64,000 nt of DNA from an uncultured bacterium (GTDB lineage Bacteria > Acidobacteriota > Thermoanaerobaculia > Multivoradales > JAHZIX01): contig CBDUPA010000014.1 of the NCBI GenBank assembly GCA_965368975.1, positions 1-64,000 on the forward strand. The letters are read 5' to 3'. Shown piece after piece: positions 1-16,406 of the stretch (its first letter is position 1; the number at the start of each line of letters is the position of its first letter). A program made the translations under genes and the position numbers. The notes beneath the pieces are model-generated. The model did not search any database. It saw only the letters and a list, made by a program, of their open reading frames with translations, and was not told where the DNA came from.

Positions 1-55
1 TGTGCTCGCTCCACTCGACGCCCCTGTGCTCGCTCCACTCGACGCCCCTGTGCTC
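1..55. repeat. 24-bp tandem repeat (2.3 copies), in-frame EHRGVEWS duplication
   Basis: tgtgctcgctccactcgacgcccc x2 + tgtgctc. Confidence 0.9.
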
Positions 56-304
56 AGGCTCGATCGCCGCCGGGTCCAGCACCACCTGCAAGGGCTCGTC
101 CATCCCCGGCAGGCAGCGGAACACGGTGCGCAAGATCTCGTGTCGGTCGACCAGCCGGCCGAGCGCCGCGCGCACACCGGCACCGTCGCCCGCGCTCAGG
201 CGTACCCCCGCCTGCACGACGCCGGCGCCGCCGTGCCGCTGCACACCCTGCCAGGCGCGGCGCTGCTGGGGCGAGAGGGGGAAACCTTCGACGACCGATT
301 CCAT
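1..304 (-). CDS. NRPS, N-terminal fragment (interface/condensation-like domain), runs off window start
   Basis: Not in ORF track. Manual translation from ATG at 304 (GAGG upstream): MESVVEGFPLSPQQRRAWQG...LGRLVDRHEILRTVF..., open to position 1. Same EGFxLSPQQ start as the NRPS at 7600. Confidence 0.85.
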   Translation of the reverse strand, partial: MESVVEGFPLSPQQRRAWQGVQRHGGAGVVQAGVRLSAGDGAGVRAALGRLVDRHEILRTVFRCLPGMDEPLQVVLDPAAIEPEHRGVEWSEHRGVEWSEH

Positions 305-321
305 GATCTTCGAACCTCGGC

Positions 322-1386
322 TCACGCGGCCTGCGAAGCTTGGCGCGCCTCGGCCATTGCGACGACGACCTTGCGCGCGCCCTTGAAGGGGCGCCGGCCG
401 TGTGCCGCCAGCATGTTGTCGAGCAGCAGCACATCGCCGCGCTGCCAGGGAAAGACGACCGATTCTTCGTCATAGACGCGGCGGATCTCGGCCAGCGCCT
501 CGGCTTCGATGGCGCTGCCGTCGCCGTAGAAGGCGTTGCGCGGCACCTCGTCCTCGGCACACATGCTGAGCAGCGACTCGCGCATCTGCGCCGGCAGGCT
601 CGAGATGTGGAAGAGGTGAGCCTGGTTGAACCACACCCACTCGCCGGTCTCGGGATGGCGCTCGACGCCCTGGCAGACCTGGCGCGTGCGCGCGCGGCCG
701 CCGTCGCGCCACTCGATCTCGATGCCCTGCTGACGGCAGAAGGCCTCGACCACGTCCCGGTCGTCGGTCTGGAACACGTCCTGCCACGGCAGGTCGAGCC
801 CCTCGCCGTAGTTGCGCACGTACATCACGCCCTTGTCGGCGAACTTCTGGCGCACCGCCGGATCGATCTTGTCGTAGACGCGGCGGCTGTCGGCAATCGG
901 GGTCTCGCCCTGTTCCTCGGCCGGGACCAGGCTGAGGAACCAGATCTTGAGCGGCCAGCTGCGCGAGTAGGACATCTCGTTGTGCATCGGGATGCTCTGA
1001 TCGGCCGGGTACTCGGTCGAGGTGTAGACCTTGCCCTTGACCTGTGAGCGCGGTGTCGAGCGGAAGGTGTAGTCGAGCAACTGCTCACCGGAGTAGCCGC
1101 GCGCCAGTTCCTCGAGTTGCTCGGCCGCCTGCACGCCGAAGCCGCGCAGCAGCACGCCGCCACGCACCTTCAGCGCTTCGGCGACCTCGTCACGGTGGCG
1201 ATCGAGCCAGGCGCCGAGGTCGACCCCGGGGCGTGCCGGCTCGATCAGCAAGGGCAAGCCGCGGCCGGCTTCCAGGTCGCGCCGGGTCACCAACTCGCTC
1301 TCCGCCACACGCACGCTGCGTCGCCGGATGCCCCCCAGGGCACCGAGACTGGGTTTGTCGGATCCAACGGGAGTCTTGCCACTCAT
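322..1386 (-). CDS. TauD/SyrP-like Fe(II)/2-oxoglutarate dioxygenase, probable aspartyl beta-hydroxylase
   Basis: Motifs VYTSTEYP..IPMHNEMSY, WFNQAHLFH, WQRGDVLLLDNMLAAHGRRPF. Start moved to ATG 1386 (GGAGA RBS, after upstream stop at 1400). Confidence 0.9.
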   Translation of the reverse strand: MSGKTPVGSDKPSLGALGGIRRRSVRVAESELVTRRDLEAGRGLPLLIEPARPGVDLGAWLDRHRDEVAEALKVRGGVLLRGFGVQAAEQLEELARGYSGEQLLDYTFRSTPRSQVKGKVYTSTEYPADQSIPMHNEMSYSRSWPLKIWFLSLVPAEEQGETPIADSRRVYDKIDPAVRQKFADKGVMYVRNYGEGLDLPWQDVFQTDDRDVVEAFCRQQGIEIEWRDGGRARTRQVCQGVERHPETGEWVWFNQAHLFHISSLPAQMRESLLSMCAEDEVPRNAFYGDGSAIEAEALAEIRRVYDEESVVFPWQRGDVLLLDNMLAAHGRRPFKGARKVVVAMAEARQASQAA

Positions 1387-1399
1387 GATCGTGTCTCCA

Positions 1400-7600
<6,201 letters not shown>

Positions 7601-7634
7601 GACGCAGCACCCCACTCGTGACTCAGCACCCAAC

Positions 7635-10600
7635 TCATGACGGGGCCTCCGGGTCCACTTTGCGCCGCGGACGGCGCAGCTGGCGCAAGCCCTGCAAGCG
7701 GGCACCGCGGAACGACTCGCCGCGCTCGGTCCGGCGCGACTGCTCGGCGGCACTGAGGCGCTCCCGCAAGGTCGACAGCGGAGCGTCCGGCTCGACCTCG
7801 GCCAGCAGCCAGAGCAAGGCCCGCTCCAGGCGCTCCAGGGTCGCGGCCTCGAACAGTTCGGTGCGGTACTCGATATCGCAGCGGAAGCCGCCTTGCGGCT
7901 GGCCCCACAGCTCGAGCTTCAGGTCGTAGCGGGCCGCCGCCGTCGCCACTTCTTGCACTTCGGTCTCGACGCCGGGCAACTCGAAGCCCGGCGGTGGCTC
8001 CTCGTGCAGCACGAACCAGACGCGGAAGAGAGGTGCATCGCGGGCCTCGGCGTCGCGGCCGACACCTTCCAGCACCTTCTCGAACGGCACCCGACGGTGC
8101 TCCCAGGCCCCCCGCACAGTCTCCTGCACGCGCCCCAGCAGCTGCTCGAATGTGGGGTCGCCGGAGACGTCAGTGCGCAAGGCCAGGGTGTTGACGAAGA
8201 AGCCGATCAGCGGTTCGGTCGCCAGGCTGTCCCGGTGCGTCGCCGGACTGCCGACCACGATGTCGTCCTGCTCGCACAGCCAGGCCAGCAGCACGGTCAC
8301 CGCCCCCAGGTACTGAGCAAAGTGGGTCGCGGCGCCGCGGCGCGCCACGGCCTCGAAGCGCGCGCTCTGCTCGGGTGCCAGGCGTACGACGTGGCGCGCA
8401 CCGTGGTGGGTCGCCACCTGGCCGCGCGCACGATCGGTGGGCAGGGCCAGCGGCTCGACGCCGGCCAGCCGCTGGTGCCAGTACTCCAGTTCGCGGGCCA
8501 TCGCCGCGCTGTCCAGCCAGCGCTGTTGCCAAACGGCGAAGTCGGCGTACTGCACGGCCAGCTCCGGCAGCTCGGGCAGCTGCCGGCCGGCGGTGAGGGC
8601 GGCGTAGAGGAGGCGGAGCTCGTGCGCCAGGATGCCGGTCGACCAGGCATCCCCGACGATGTGGTGCAGCGCGAGCAGCAGCGCATGATCGTCCTCTGCC
8701 AGCCGCAGGCTCAGCGCGCGCAGCAGCGGCGCCGTGGTGAGGTCGACGGGACGGCGCGTCGCGGCTTGCGCCAGGCTCTGCACCAGCTGCGCGCCGCGTT
8801 CCGGCGGCAAGCCGCGCAGGTCGAGACGCGGCAGCACCCAGGGTCCGAGCGGCTCGATCCGCTGCCAGGGGCGGCCCTCGACTTCCACGTAGGAGGTACG
8901 CAGGATCTCGTGGCGTGCCAGCACGTGGCGCAACGCCCGCTCGAAGGCACGCGCGTCGAAGCGGCCGCGCAGGCGCAGCACCAGGGCAGTGTTGTAGGCC
9001 GGGTTGTCGGGCTCCAGCCGATGCGCCAACCACATGCGCTGCTGCGAGAACGACAGCGGCAGAAGACCGTCGCGCGGTACCGCGACCAGCTTCGGCTCCG
9101 GCTCCTGGGGCAGCAGCGCGGCCGGCTCCGGCTGGTCGCTGAGACCGCCGCCGAGCAGGCTGTGCACGCATTCGTGTCCGGCGTCGAGATCGAAGTGCTC
9201 GCGCACCCGCTCGAAGTCGAGGCCGCCCACCGGGCACACACCGATACCGCACTCGGGGGCCTGCAGCATCAGCAGCTGCCCCATGTAGCCCGCTTCGAGC
9301 AAGCAGAAGTCGCGCGCCGACGCACCGTACACCGGCACGATGGCGCGCGCCTGGGCGACCAGGAACAGCCCGAAGGCGGCCTGCTCGTAGATCGGCCGGT
9401 TGACGAACGGGTCGTGGATGCCGGCGTCGAGATCGGCGCCGGACAGCCGCCGCAGGCCATGCTCGACGCCGTCGTAGGCGTAGATGCCGCCCTCGATACC
9501 CTCGACCCGCCCGGGACGCACATGGACGTAGACCTCGATGGGATAGATGCCTCCCGCCGAGGGATAGAGCTGGGTCCCCTGACCGTCCCGCTGCCGCTGG
9601 GCCAGGCAGGCCAGCCAGCGACTCAAGGTCTCGGCGGCCAGCGGCTCGGCGGCGAAGTGGCGACGGCTGCGGCGGGCGGGCGCGAGTTCGGCGTCGAGAC
9701 GCGTCGGCGGCGCTGGTGGCAGGGCGACGGCGACGCCGCGCTCGGCCCGCGCCGCGGCCTGCTGCTGCCGCCAGTCGTGCTTGAAGCGCTCCACCTCGGA
9801 GGGTTCGAGCGAGCGACCCTGCTGCCAGCGATCCCCCTGCCGACGATCCGCGGCGCCCGCGGCGGACGGTGTCGGCGGCACCACGGCATCGCCGCGCAGG
9901 GCCGCCAGCCCGGCGACCGTCGGGGCTCGGTAGAAGTCTTCGATGCGCAGGCGCAGGCCCAGCTCGTGCTCCACCAGGTTGGCGATGCGGATCATGTGCA
10001 GCGAGCTGGCGCCGACTTCGAACAGATCGGCATCGAGATCGATCGCCTCGACCTCCAGCACCTTGGCGGCCACCGCGCCGATGCGCTGCGCCAGCTCCGA
10101 GGCTTCGCCGGTCGCCGCGCTGGCGCCGCGGGTCGGCTCGGGCAGCGCCTGGCGATCCACCTTGCCGTTGCTCGACAGCGGCAGGCTCGGCAGCTGCAGC
10201 AGCGCCGCCGGCACCATGTACTCGGGCAGCCGCTCGGCCAGGAAGGCGCGCAGGGCCTCCTCGTCCGGCACCGTCTCGTCCGGTACCGCGACACCCGCGA
10301 TCGGCACCCACCAGGCGCACAAGCGACGGGCTCCGCGCTCGCCGCGCGCATCCGCCACCGCCTTGTCGACGCCCGGATGCGCCAGCAAAGCCGCTTCGAT
10401 CTCTCCCAACTCGATGCGGTAGCCGTGCACCTTGACCTGGAAGTCTTCGCGGCCGAGAAACTCGATCTCACCGCTCGGCAGGTAGCGACCCAGGTCGCCG
10501 GTGCGGTAGAGCCGTTCGCCGGTGCGCGGGTGGACCAGGAAGCGCTCGGCCGTGCGCTCGGGATCGCGCCAGTATCCCAAGGCCACGCCGATGCCGCCGA

Positions 10601-13600
10601 TGTACAGGGCACCGGGAACCCACACCGGCCTTGGTTCGAGGTCGCCGTCGAGCACGTGGAAGGTCTGGTTGACCATCGCCCGGCCGTAGGGAATGCTGGT
10701 CCAGGTCTCCGGCACCTCGCCGATCGGATAGAGGATCGACCAGATCGACGCCTCGGTGGCCCCTCCCATGCTGATCAGCTCGATGTCCGGCGACGCCAGG
10801 GCCCGGATCTTGGCCGGCAGCGGCACGGGGATCCAGTCGCCGCTCATCAGCACCAGGCGCAGGCTCGGCGGCAGCTGGCGCCCCGCATCCGCCGCGGCAT
10901 CGACGCACAGCTCCATCAGCGCCGGCACAGAGTTCCACACGGTCACCCGGTGGCGCTCGGCGAGGTCCAGCCAGTGCCCCGGCTGGCGACTCTCGGCGGC
11001 ATCCGGCAGCACCACCGCGCCACCGGCGTCGAGCACCCCGAAGATGTCGTAGACCGACAGGTCGAAGGACAGCGAAGAGAGCGCGAGCACCCGGTCCCGC
11101 GGGCCAACCTGGAAGCGGGCGTTGACGTCACGCAGCGTGTTGACGGCACCTCGATGATCGATCATCACGCCTTTCGGCACGCCGGTGGAGCCGGAGGTGA
11201 AGATGACATACGCCAGGCTGTCGGGCCGGCCGGCGGCGTCGAACGGTGTCGCATCCAGGTCCGCCGGCGCCGGCTCCGCGCCGACCGCCAGGAGCTGGGC
11301 GTCGGTGTGCAGCTCCTCGAGCTGTGCCTGCAGCCACGGCTGGGTGACCAGCAGGCGCACCTCGCCCTGTTCGAGCAAGTGCTCGATCCGCTGCGCCGGC
11401 AAGGCCGGGTCGATCGGCAGGTACGCGGCACCGGCACGCAGGATGCCGAGCACCGCCACCACCTGCTGCCATCCCTTCTCCATCGCCACCGCCACCAGCG
11501 TCTCGGCCTCGACCCGCTGCTGGCGCAGGCGCTGGGCCAGACTCCAGGCCAGGCGGTCGAGCTCGCCGTAGCTGAGCGTCCGCTCCGGGGTGAGGACCGC
11601 CGGCGCCTCGGGCTGGGCGGCGACCTGGCGGTCAAAGCCGTCCTGCAACAGGTCGCCGGAGATCTCGGCGCGGGTCTGGTTGCTGCGCGCGCGCTGGGCC
11701 AGCTGGGCCGGCGGCACCTGGACCGGCCGCCACCGCGACCAGGCTTCGCCCGCCGCCAGGTCGAGCAGCAGGCGGTGGTAAGCGCCGAAGACGTCATCCA
11801 GCAAGCCGGGCGGGAAGAGATCTTCGACCGCGTCCCAGTTGCAATTGAGGGCCCCGTTTTCTTCGGTCACCTGGTGGTCGAGCCAGACCTGCGGTGTCTG
11901 GGTGATGCGGTAGACGATCTTTTCCTGCCAGCCCGACGAGAAGGTGTCGGTGCCCCCGGGGTCCTGCCCCAGAATGCTGCTGAACACCACCGGCATCAGG
12001 CCGGCCTGCGGCACGTGGCCGCGGCGGGCCAGGTCGCGCATCACCTCCAGGCCGTCGACCTGGTTGTGGGCCAAGTCCGACCACAAGCGTTCCTGCAGCG
12101 CGCGCGCGCGGTCGGCAAAGGTCGCCCCGTCCCCCTCTACCGCCAGCAGCGTCAAGGTGGTGAAGTCACCGACCAGCAAGCCGACCTGCGGATGCCACGG
12201 GCGGCGGTTGAAGGTGGTCAGGTTGAGCGTCAGGCGGCGGCTCTTGGACCACATCCCCAGGGTCTCGGCGAAGGCCGCGAGCAGCACGCCGGAAGGCGTC
12301 AGCCCGGCCTCGGCCGCATGCTGGCGCAGGCGACTCCAGGTCGCGGCGTCGAGACGCAGAGCGCGCCCCTCGAAGCGCGGCTTCCCAGGCAGTGACTCGG
12401 GACTGCGCGCCAGCGGCAACTCGGGCGCCGGCGGCACGTCCGGTAGCCGCTGATGCCAGTAGGCGCGGGCACGCTCGGCCGCGGCGCTGCGGTAGAGCTG
12501 GCGCTCCGCCAACAGGCAGTCGCGGAAGCTGATCTGCAGCCCCGGCAGCTCGAGCTCGGGATCGCCGTAGAGATCGATCGCCTCGCGCGCCAGCAGCCCG
12601 ACGCTCCAGGCGTCGGCGATCAGGCCGTCGCCATCGAGATGGAGACGCACGAGGTCGTCGTCGAGCAGCGACACGCGGACGTCGAAGATCGGCCAGCGGT
12701 CGGCGGGTAAGACCTGGTGCGACATCGCGTCGCGCCAGCGCTCGATGGCGCGCTCGACCTCGGCCGCCGGCAAGCCGCGCAAATCCTGCACCGGCAGTTC
12801 GAAGTCCGGCACCTCGGGCAGCACGCGCTGGTGGTCCGAGCCGGGGAAGATGGCGCGCAGCATGTCGTGACGCGCCACCAGGCGGCGGATCACGTGCTCG
12901 ATGCGCCGCGGCTGCCATCCCTTGCCCTCGAACTCCAGGTAGCCGTGCGCCGACACGTTCCCCAAGTCGAAGCTCTCGCCACGCCCGAGCAGGTAGGCCT
13001 GCTGCACGGCGGTCAGCGGGAAGCGGTCGAACCGTTCGTGCGGTGCTGGTTGCAGCGGCGGCAGGCGCTCGCGCCGGACGGCGTCGTCCTGACGCGCCAC
13101 CAGGGCCGTGAGCTTCGAGACGGTGGGCGCCCGGAACAGGTCGCGCAGCGCCAGCTGGGTGTCGAAGCAGCGCTCGACCTCGGCGACCAGGCGCGAGGCG
13201 AGCAGGGAATGTCCGCCCAGTTCGAAGAAGGTATCGAGGACGCCGATGTCGTCGAGACCCAGCACCGACGACCAGACTTCGGCCATGCGCCGCTCGGCCC
13301 GCGTGCGCGGTGCCACGTGCGCGTGGCTGGCGGCGCGGTCGGCCCGCTCGGGTGCCGGCAGGGCGCGCCGGTCGAGCTTGCCGTTTGGATTGCGCGGCAG
13401 CACCTCGAGACGCACGAAGGCAGCCGGCACCATGTAGCCCGGGAGCCGCTCGTGCAGCGCGGCGCTCAGCTCGGCCGGCTTGCACTCGTGCCCCGGCTCG
13501 ATCACCAGGTAGGCCACCAGCTCCTTGTCGCCGCGGCTGCGCACGCGGTCGACCACGGCCCATTCCTGCAACCCCGGCAGGTCGCCCAGCGCCGCCATCA

Positions 13601-16406
13601 CCTCGCCGATCTCGATCCGGTTGCCGCGGATCTTGACCTGGTAGTCGATGCGCCCCAGGAATTCGACGTCGCCACTGGCCAGCAGGCGCACCAGATCGCC
13701 GGTGCGATAGAGCCGGCTGCCCGGCGCAGTGCCGCTGGGATCGGGCACGAAGCGCTCGGCGGTGCGCTGCGGCATGCACCGGTAGCCGCGCGCCAGCGCC
13801 ACCGGGCCACCGAGCACCAGCTCACCGGCGACGCCGATCGGTACCGGCTGCAAGCGCGCATCGACGACCTGAGCGCGCACATTCATCATCGGCCGGCCGA
13901 TCGGCGGATCGGCCTCGCCCGGCCGCACCTTGCACCAGGTGGCGGTGGTCGTGGTCTCGGTCGGGCCGTAGACGTTGACCAGCTCGGCGCCGATGTCGCG
14001 CACGCTAGCGCGGTGCAGGCGATCCCCGGCGGCGTGCAAGGTGCGCAGCGCCAGCCCCTCGGGCCAGGGATGGCGCAGGGCCGCCTCGGCGATCGGAGTC
14101 GGCACCGAGCACACGTCGATGCGCTGCTCGAGCAGCCAGGCGGGCAGCAACTCGGGCGCCGCGCGCGGTGCCGGCGCCACCAGGCAGACGGTCGTGCCGG
14201 CAGCCAGGCCGGGCCAGATCTCGAACACGGTGCCGTCGAAGCCCGGGGCGGCGATCTGCGTGCGCCGCTCCCCGACCTGGTAGTCGAAGAGGTGACTGGC
14301 GACCAGGTTGAACAACCCGCGGTGACTCAGCTCGGCGCCCTTGGGCTGGCCGGTGGAGCCCGAGGTATAGATGACATACGCCAGGTTGTCGGCATGCGGT
14401 CGCCGCGCCCGTGCTGGGGCGGCGGCGCGCGCGCTGGGCGCCGTAGCGCCCTCGACGCCGGCCGGTCCCAGGCGCAGGACCGGTGGTAGAGGCCTCGATG
14501 CCTCGTCGCCCTCGGCCGCCGCCTGGCGGAGCGCCGGCACCGGCTGGCGGGTCAGCACCAGCGCCGGGGCGGCATCGGCGATCAAGCTGAGCAGGCGCGC
14601 TTCCGGGTGCGCCGGGTCGAGAGGCAGGAAGGCACCACCGGCGCAGAGCACGCCGAGCTGTCCCCAGATCAGCTCCAGCGAGCGCTCCATCCACAGCGCC
14701 ACCAGCGACTCCGGCCCAACGCCGTGGTCGCGCAGCCGCGCCGCCAGCTGCTCGGCGCGACGTGCCAGCTCGCCCCAGCTCAAACGCTGTCGACCATCTT
14801 CGATCGCCACCGCGTGCGGCCGGCGCGCCGCCTGCGCCAGGATGCGCTCGTGCACCAGCTCGTCCGGCGCCAGCTCGGCGGCGGTATCGTTCCACTCGCT
14901 GACCACCTGCTGCGTCTCGGCTGCCGACAGCCACGGCAGGCTGCCAACGGGCTGCCGCGGCGCCGCCAGGACGGTACGCAGCAAGCGCCGGAAGTGACGG
15001 CTGCAACGGTCGATCGTCGTGGCGTCGAAGAGGTCGCTGAAGTAGAAGAGGTAGCCTTCCAGGCCGGCCGCCGAGTGCAGCAGGTGGAATTCGAGGTCCA
15101 TCTTGGCCAGCGCCGCCTCGAAGGGCCAGGGCGCCGCGCGCAGCCCCGGCAGCGACAGCGTCGACAGCGGCACCTTGGGCTGCAGCGCGAGCCCGAGCTG
15201 CACCAGCGGATTGGCCCCTTCCTGGCGCGCCGGGCTCAGCTCCTGCACCAGGTACTCGAACGGCATCTGCGCGTGCCGGTAGGCGGCCAGCGCCATCTGC
15301 CGCACCTCGACCAGCAGGTCTTCGAAGCTGGCGGCCAGCGCCACCTCGGTGCGCAGCACGATGGTGTTGGCGAACAGGCCGATCAGCTGCTCGAAGTCGT
15401 CGCGGTCCCGATTGGTGATCGGACTGCCGACCGCCACGTCCTGCTGCCCCGTGGTGCGGGCCAGCAGCAGCTGGAAGACGCCGAGCAGCACCATGAAGAG
15501 GGTCGCTCCGTGCTCCTTGCCGTAGGCCTCGGCGGAAGCCACCAGCTCGGCCGGCACGGTCATGAAGTGGCTCGCGCCACGATGCGACGCCCCGTGGCGT
15601 GGCCGGTCGGTGGGCAGTTGCAGCGCTTCGAGCCCCAGCAGCTGCGGCTTCCAGTAGCGCAGCAGGTCGTCCAGAGCGTCGGGCGTCAGCTGCTGGTGCT
15701 GCCACTGGCTGAAGTCGAGCAACTGGACCGGCAAGGGCGCGAGATCCGGTGGCCGGCCGGCGGCGAAGGCGCGGTAGGCGGCGACCAGCTCACGCTCGAA
15801 GATGTCGTACGACCAGCCATCGAAGACGATGTGGTGGACGACGCAGATCAGCAGCGTGCGGGACGGCGACAGCTCGATGGCGAGCAGGCGGAGCAGCGGT
15901 CCGGTGGTGAGATCGAACGGCGTCAACGCCAGCGCGCGCGCGGCGTCCCGGGCGGTCGCCTCGCGCCGCGCCGCGGGCAGCCGGCTGACGTCGAGGTGGA
16001 AGACCTGGCGTGGCAGACGGGCGCGCACCCGCTGCACCGGCTCGCCGGCTCGGCTCTCGAAGACCGTGCGCAGCGCCTCGTGGCGCTGCATCAGGTAGCC
16101 GAGAGCACGTTCGAGCGCCGTACGATCGAGCCGGCCGCCGCGACCGCCGCCGGCACCGTGCTCGGGAGGCTCCGCCTGCAGCTGGACACCGACCGCCAGG
16201 TTGTAGAACGGATCGCGCGGCGACAGCTCGGCCAGGAACCACAGGCGCCGCTGCTGGAAAGACAGCGGCCCGGAGCTGCGCCGGCTCGGAGCCGCACGAG
16301 GCACCGACGCCGGGCGCCCGGACTTGCGCCGCAGCAACGCTTCCAGCTGACGTCGCTTCGCCTGCGCCGCCGTCTCGGTCGCGAGCCTCTCGCCGCTGTC
16401 GCTCAC
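7635..16406 (-). CDS. NRPS: C-A(unknown)-T-Cy-A(Cys)-T-Ox-C (thiazole-forming)
   Basis: C HHIVFDGWS; T GGHSL; Cy FPLTAVQQAYLLGR, DGLIADAWS, PVVFSS, QTPQVWLDHQ; A2 code DLYNMSMIWK (Cys-type); nitroreductase-like Ox RRSRRHF/YPSAGGIYP/LLEAGYMGQLL; terminal C HHIVGDAWS. Confidence 0.95.
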   Translation of the reverse strand: MSDSGERLATETAAQAKRRQLEALLRRKSGRPASVPRAAPSRRSSGPLSFQQRRLWFLAELSPRDPFYNLAVGVQLQAEPPEHGAGGGRGGRLDRTALERALGYLMQRHEALRTVFESRAGEPVQRVRARLPRQVFHLDVSRLPAARREATARDAARALALTPFDLTTGPLLRLLAIELSPSRTLLICVVHHIVFDGWSYDIFERELVAAYRAFAAGRPPDLAPLPVQLLDFSQWQHQQLTPDALDDLLRYWKPQLLGLEALQLPTDRPRHGASHRGASHFMTVPAELVASAEAYGKEHGATLFMVLLGVFQLLLARTTGQQDVAVGSPITNRDRDDFEQLIGLFANTIVLRTEVALAASFEDLLVEVRQMALAAYRHAQMPFEYLVQELSPARQEGANPLVQLGLALQPKVPLSTLSLPGLRAAPWPFEAALAKMDLEFHLLHSAAGLEGYLFYFSDLFDATTIDRCSRHFRRLLRTVLAAPRQPVGSLPWLSAAETQQVVSEWNDTAAELAPDELVHERILAQAARRPHAVAIEDGRQRLSWGELARRAEQLAARLRDHGVGPESLVALWMERSLELIWGQLGVLCAGGAFLPLDPAHPEARLLSLIADAAPALVLTRQPVPALRQAAAEGDEASRPLPPVLRLGPAGVEGATAPSARAAAPARARRPHADNLAYVIYTSGSTGQPKGAELSHRGLFNLVASHLFDYQVGERRTQIAAPGFDGTVFEIWPGLAAGTTVCLVAPAPRAAPELLPAWLLEQRIDVCSVPTPIAEAALRHPWPEGLALRTLHAAGDRLHRASVRDIGAELVNVYGPTETTTTATWCKVRPGEADPPIGRPMMNVRAQVVDARLQPVPIGVAGELVLGGPVALARGYRCMPQRTAERFVPDPSGTAPGSRLYRTGDLVRLLASGDVEFLGRIDYQVKIRGNRIEIGEVMAALGDLPGLQEWAVVDRVRSRGDKELVAYLVIEPGHECKPAELSAALHERLPGYMVPAAFVRLEVLPRNPNGKLDRRALPAPERADRAASHAHVAPRTRAERRMAEVWSSVLGLDDIGVLDTFFELGGHSLLASRLVAEVERCFDTQLALRDLFRAPTVSKLTALVARQDDAVRRERLPPLQPAPHERFDRFPLTAVQQAYLLGRGESFDLGNVSAHGYLEFEGKGWQPRRIEHVIRRLVARHDMLRAIFPGSDHQRVLPEVPDFELPVQDLRGLPAAEVERAIERWRDAMSHQVLPADRWPIFDVRVSLLDDDLVRLHLDGDGLIADAWSVGLLAREAIDLYGDPELELPGLQISFRDCLLAERQLYRSAAAERARAYWHQRLPDVPPAPELPLARSPESLPGKPRFEGRALRLDAATWSRLRQHAAEAGLTPSGVLLAAFAETLGMWSKSRRLTLNLTTFNRRPWHPQVGLLVGDFTTLTLLAVEGDGATFADRARALQERLWSDLAHNQVDGLEVMRDLARRGHVPQAGLMPVVFSSILGQDPGGTDTFSSGWQEKIVYRITQTPQVWLDHQVTEENGALNCNWDAVEDLFPPGLLDDVFGAYHRLLLDLAAGEAWSRWRPVQVPPAQLAQRARSNQTRAEISGDLLQDGFDRQVAAQPEAPAVLTPERTLSYGELDRLAWSLAQRLRQQRVEAETLVAVAMEKGWQQVVAVLGILRAGAAYLPIDPALPAQRIEHLLEQGEVRLLVTQPWLQAQLEELHTDAQLLAVGAEPAPADLDATPFDAAGRPDSLAYVIFTSGSTGVPKGVMIDHRGAVNTLRDVNARFQVGPRDRVLALSSLSFDLSVYDIFGVLDAGGAVVLPDAAESRQPGHWLDLAERHRVTVWNSVPALMELCVDAAADAGRQLPPSLRLVLMSGDWIPVPLPAKIRALASPDIELISMGGATEASIWSILYPIGEVPETWTSIPYGRAMVNQTFHVLDGDLEPRPVWVPGALYIGGIGVALGYWRDPERTAERFLVHPRTGERLYRTGDLGRYLPSGEIEFLGREDFQVKVHGYRIELGEIEAALLAHPGVDKAVADARGERGARRLCAWWVPIAGVAVPDETVPDEEALRAFLAERLPEYMVPAALLQLPSLPLSSNGKVDRQALPEPTRGASAATGEASELAQRIGAVAAKVLEVEAIDLDADLFEVGASSLHMIRIANLVEHELGLRLRIEDFYRAPTVAGLAALRGDAVVPPTPSAAGAADRRQGDRWQQGRSLEPSEVERFKHDWRQQQAAARAERGVAVALPPAPPTRLDAELAPARRSRRHFAAEPLAAETLSRWLACLAQRQRDGQGTQLYPSAGGIYPIEVYVHVRPGRVEGIEGGIYAYDGVEHGLRRLSGADLDAGIHDPFVNRPIYEQAAFGLFLVAQARAIVPVYGASARDFCLLEAGYMGQLLMLQAPECGIGVCPVGGLDFERVREHFDLDAGHECVHSLLGGGLSDQPEPAALLPQEPEPKLVAVPRDGLLPLSFSQQRMWLAHRLEPDNPAYNTALVLRLRGRFDARAFERALRHVLARHEILRTSYVEVEGRPWQRIEPLGPWVLPRLDLRGLPPERGAQLVQSLAQAATRRPVDLTTAPLLRALSLRLAEDDHALLLALHHIVGDAWSTGILAHELRLLYAALTAGRQLPELPELAVQYADFAVWQQRWLDSAAMARELEYWHQRLAGVEPLALPTDRARGQVATHHGARHVVRLAPEQSARFEAVARRGAATHFAQYLGAVTVLLAWLCEQDDIVVGSPATHRDSLATEPLIGFFVNTLALRTDVSGDPTFEQLLGRVQETVRGAWEHRRVPFEKVLEGVGRDAEARDAPLFRVWFVLHEEPPPGFELPGVETEVQEVATAAARYDLKLELWGQPQGGFRCDIEYRTELFEAATLERLERALLWLLAEVEPDAPLSTLRERLSAAEQSRRTERGESFRGARLQGLRQLRRPRRKVDPEAPS

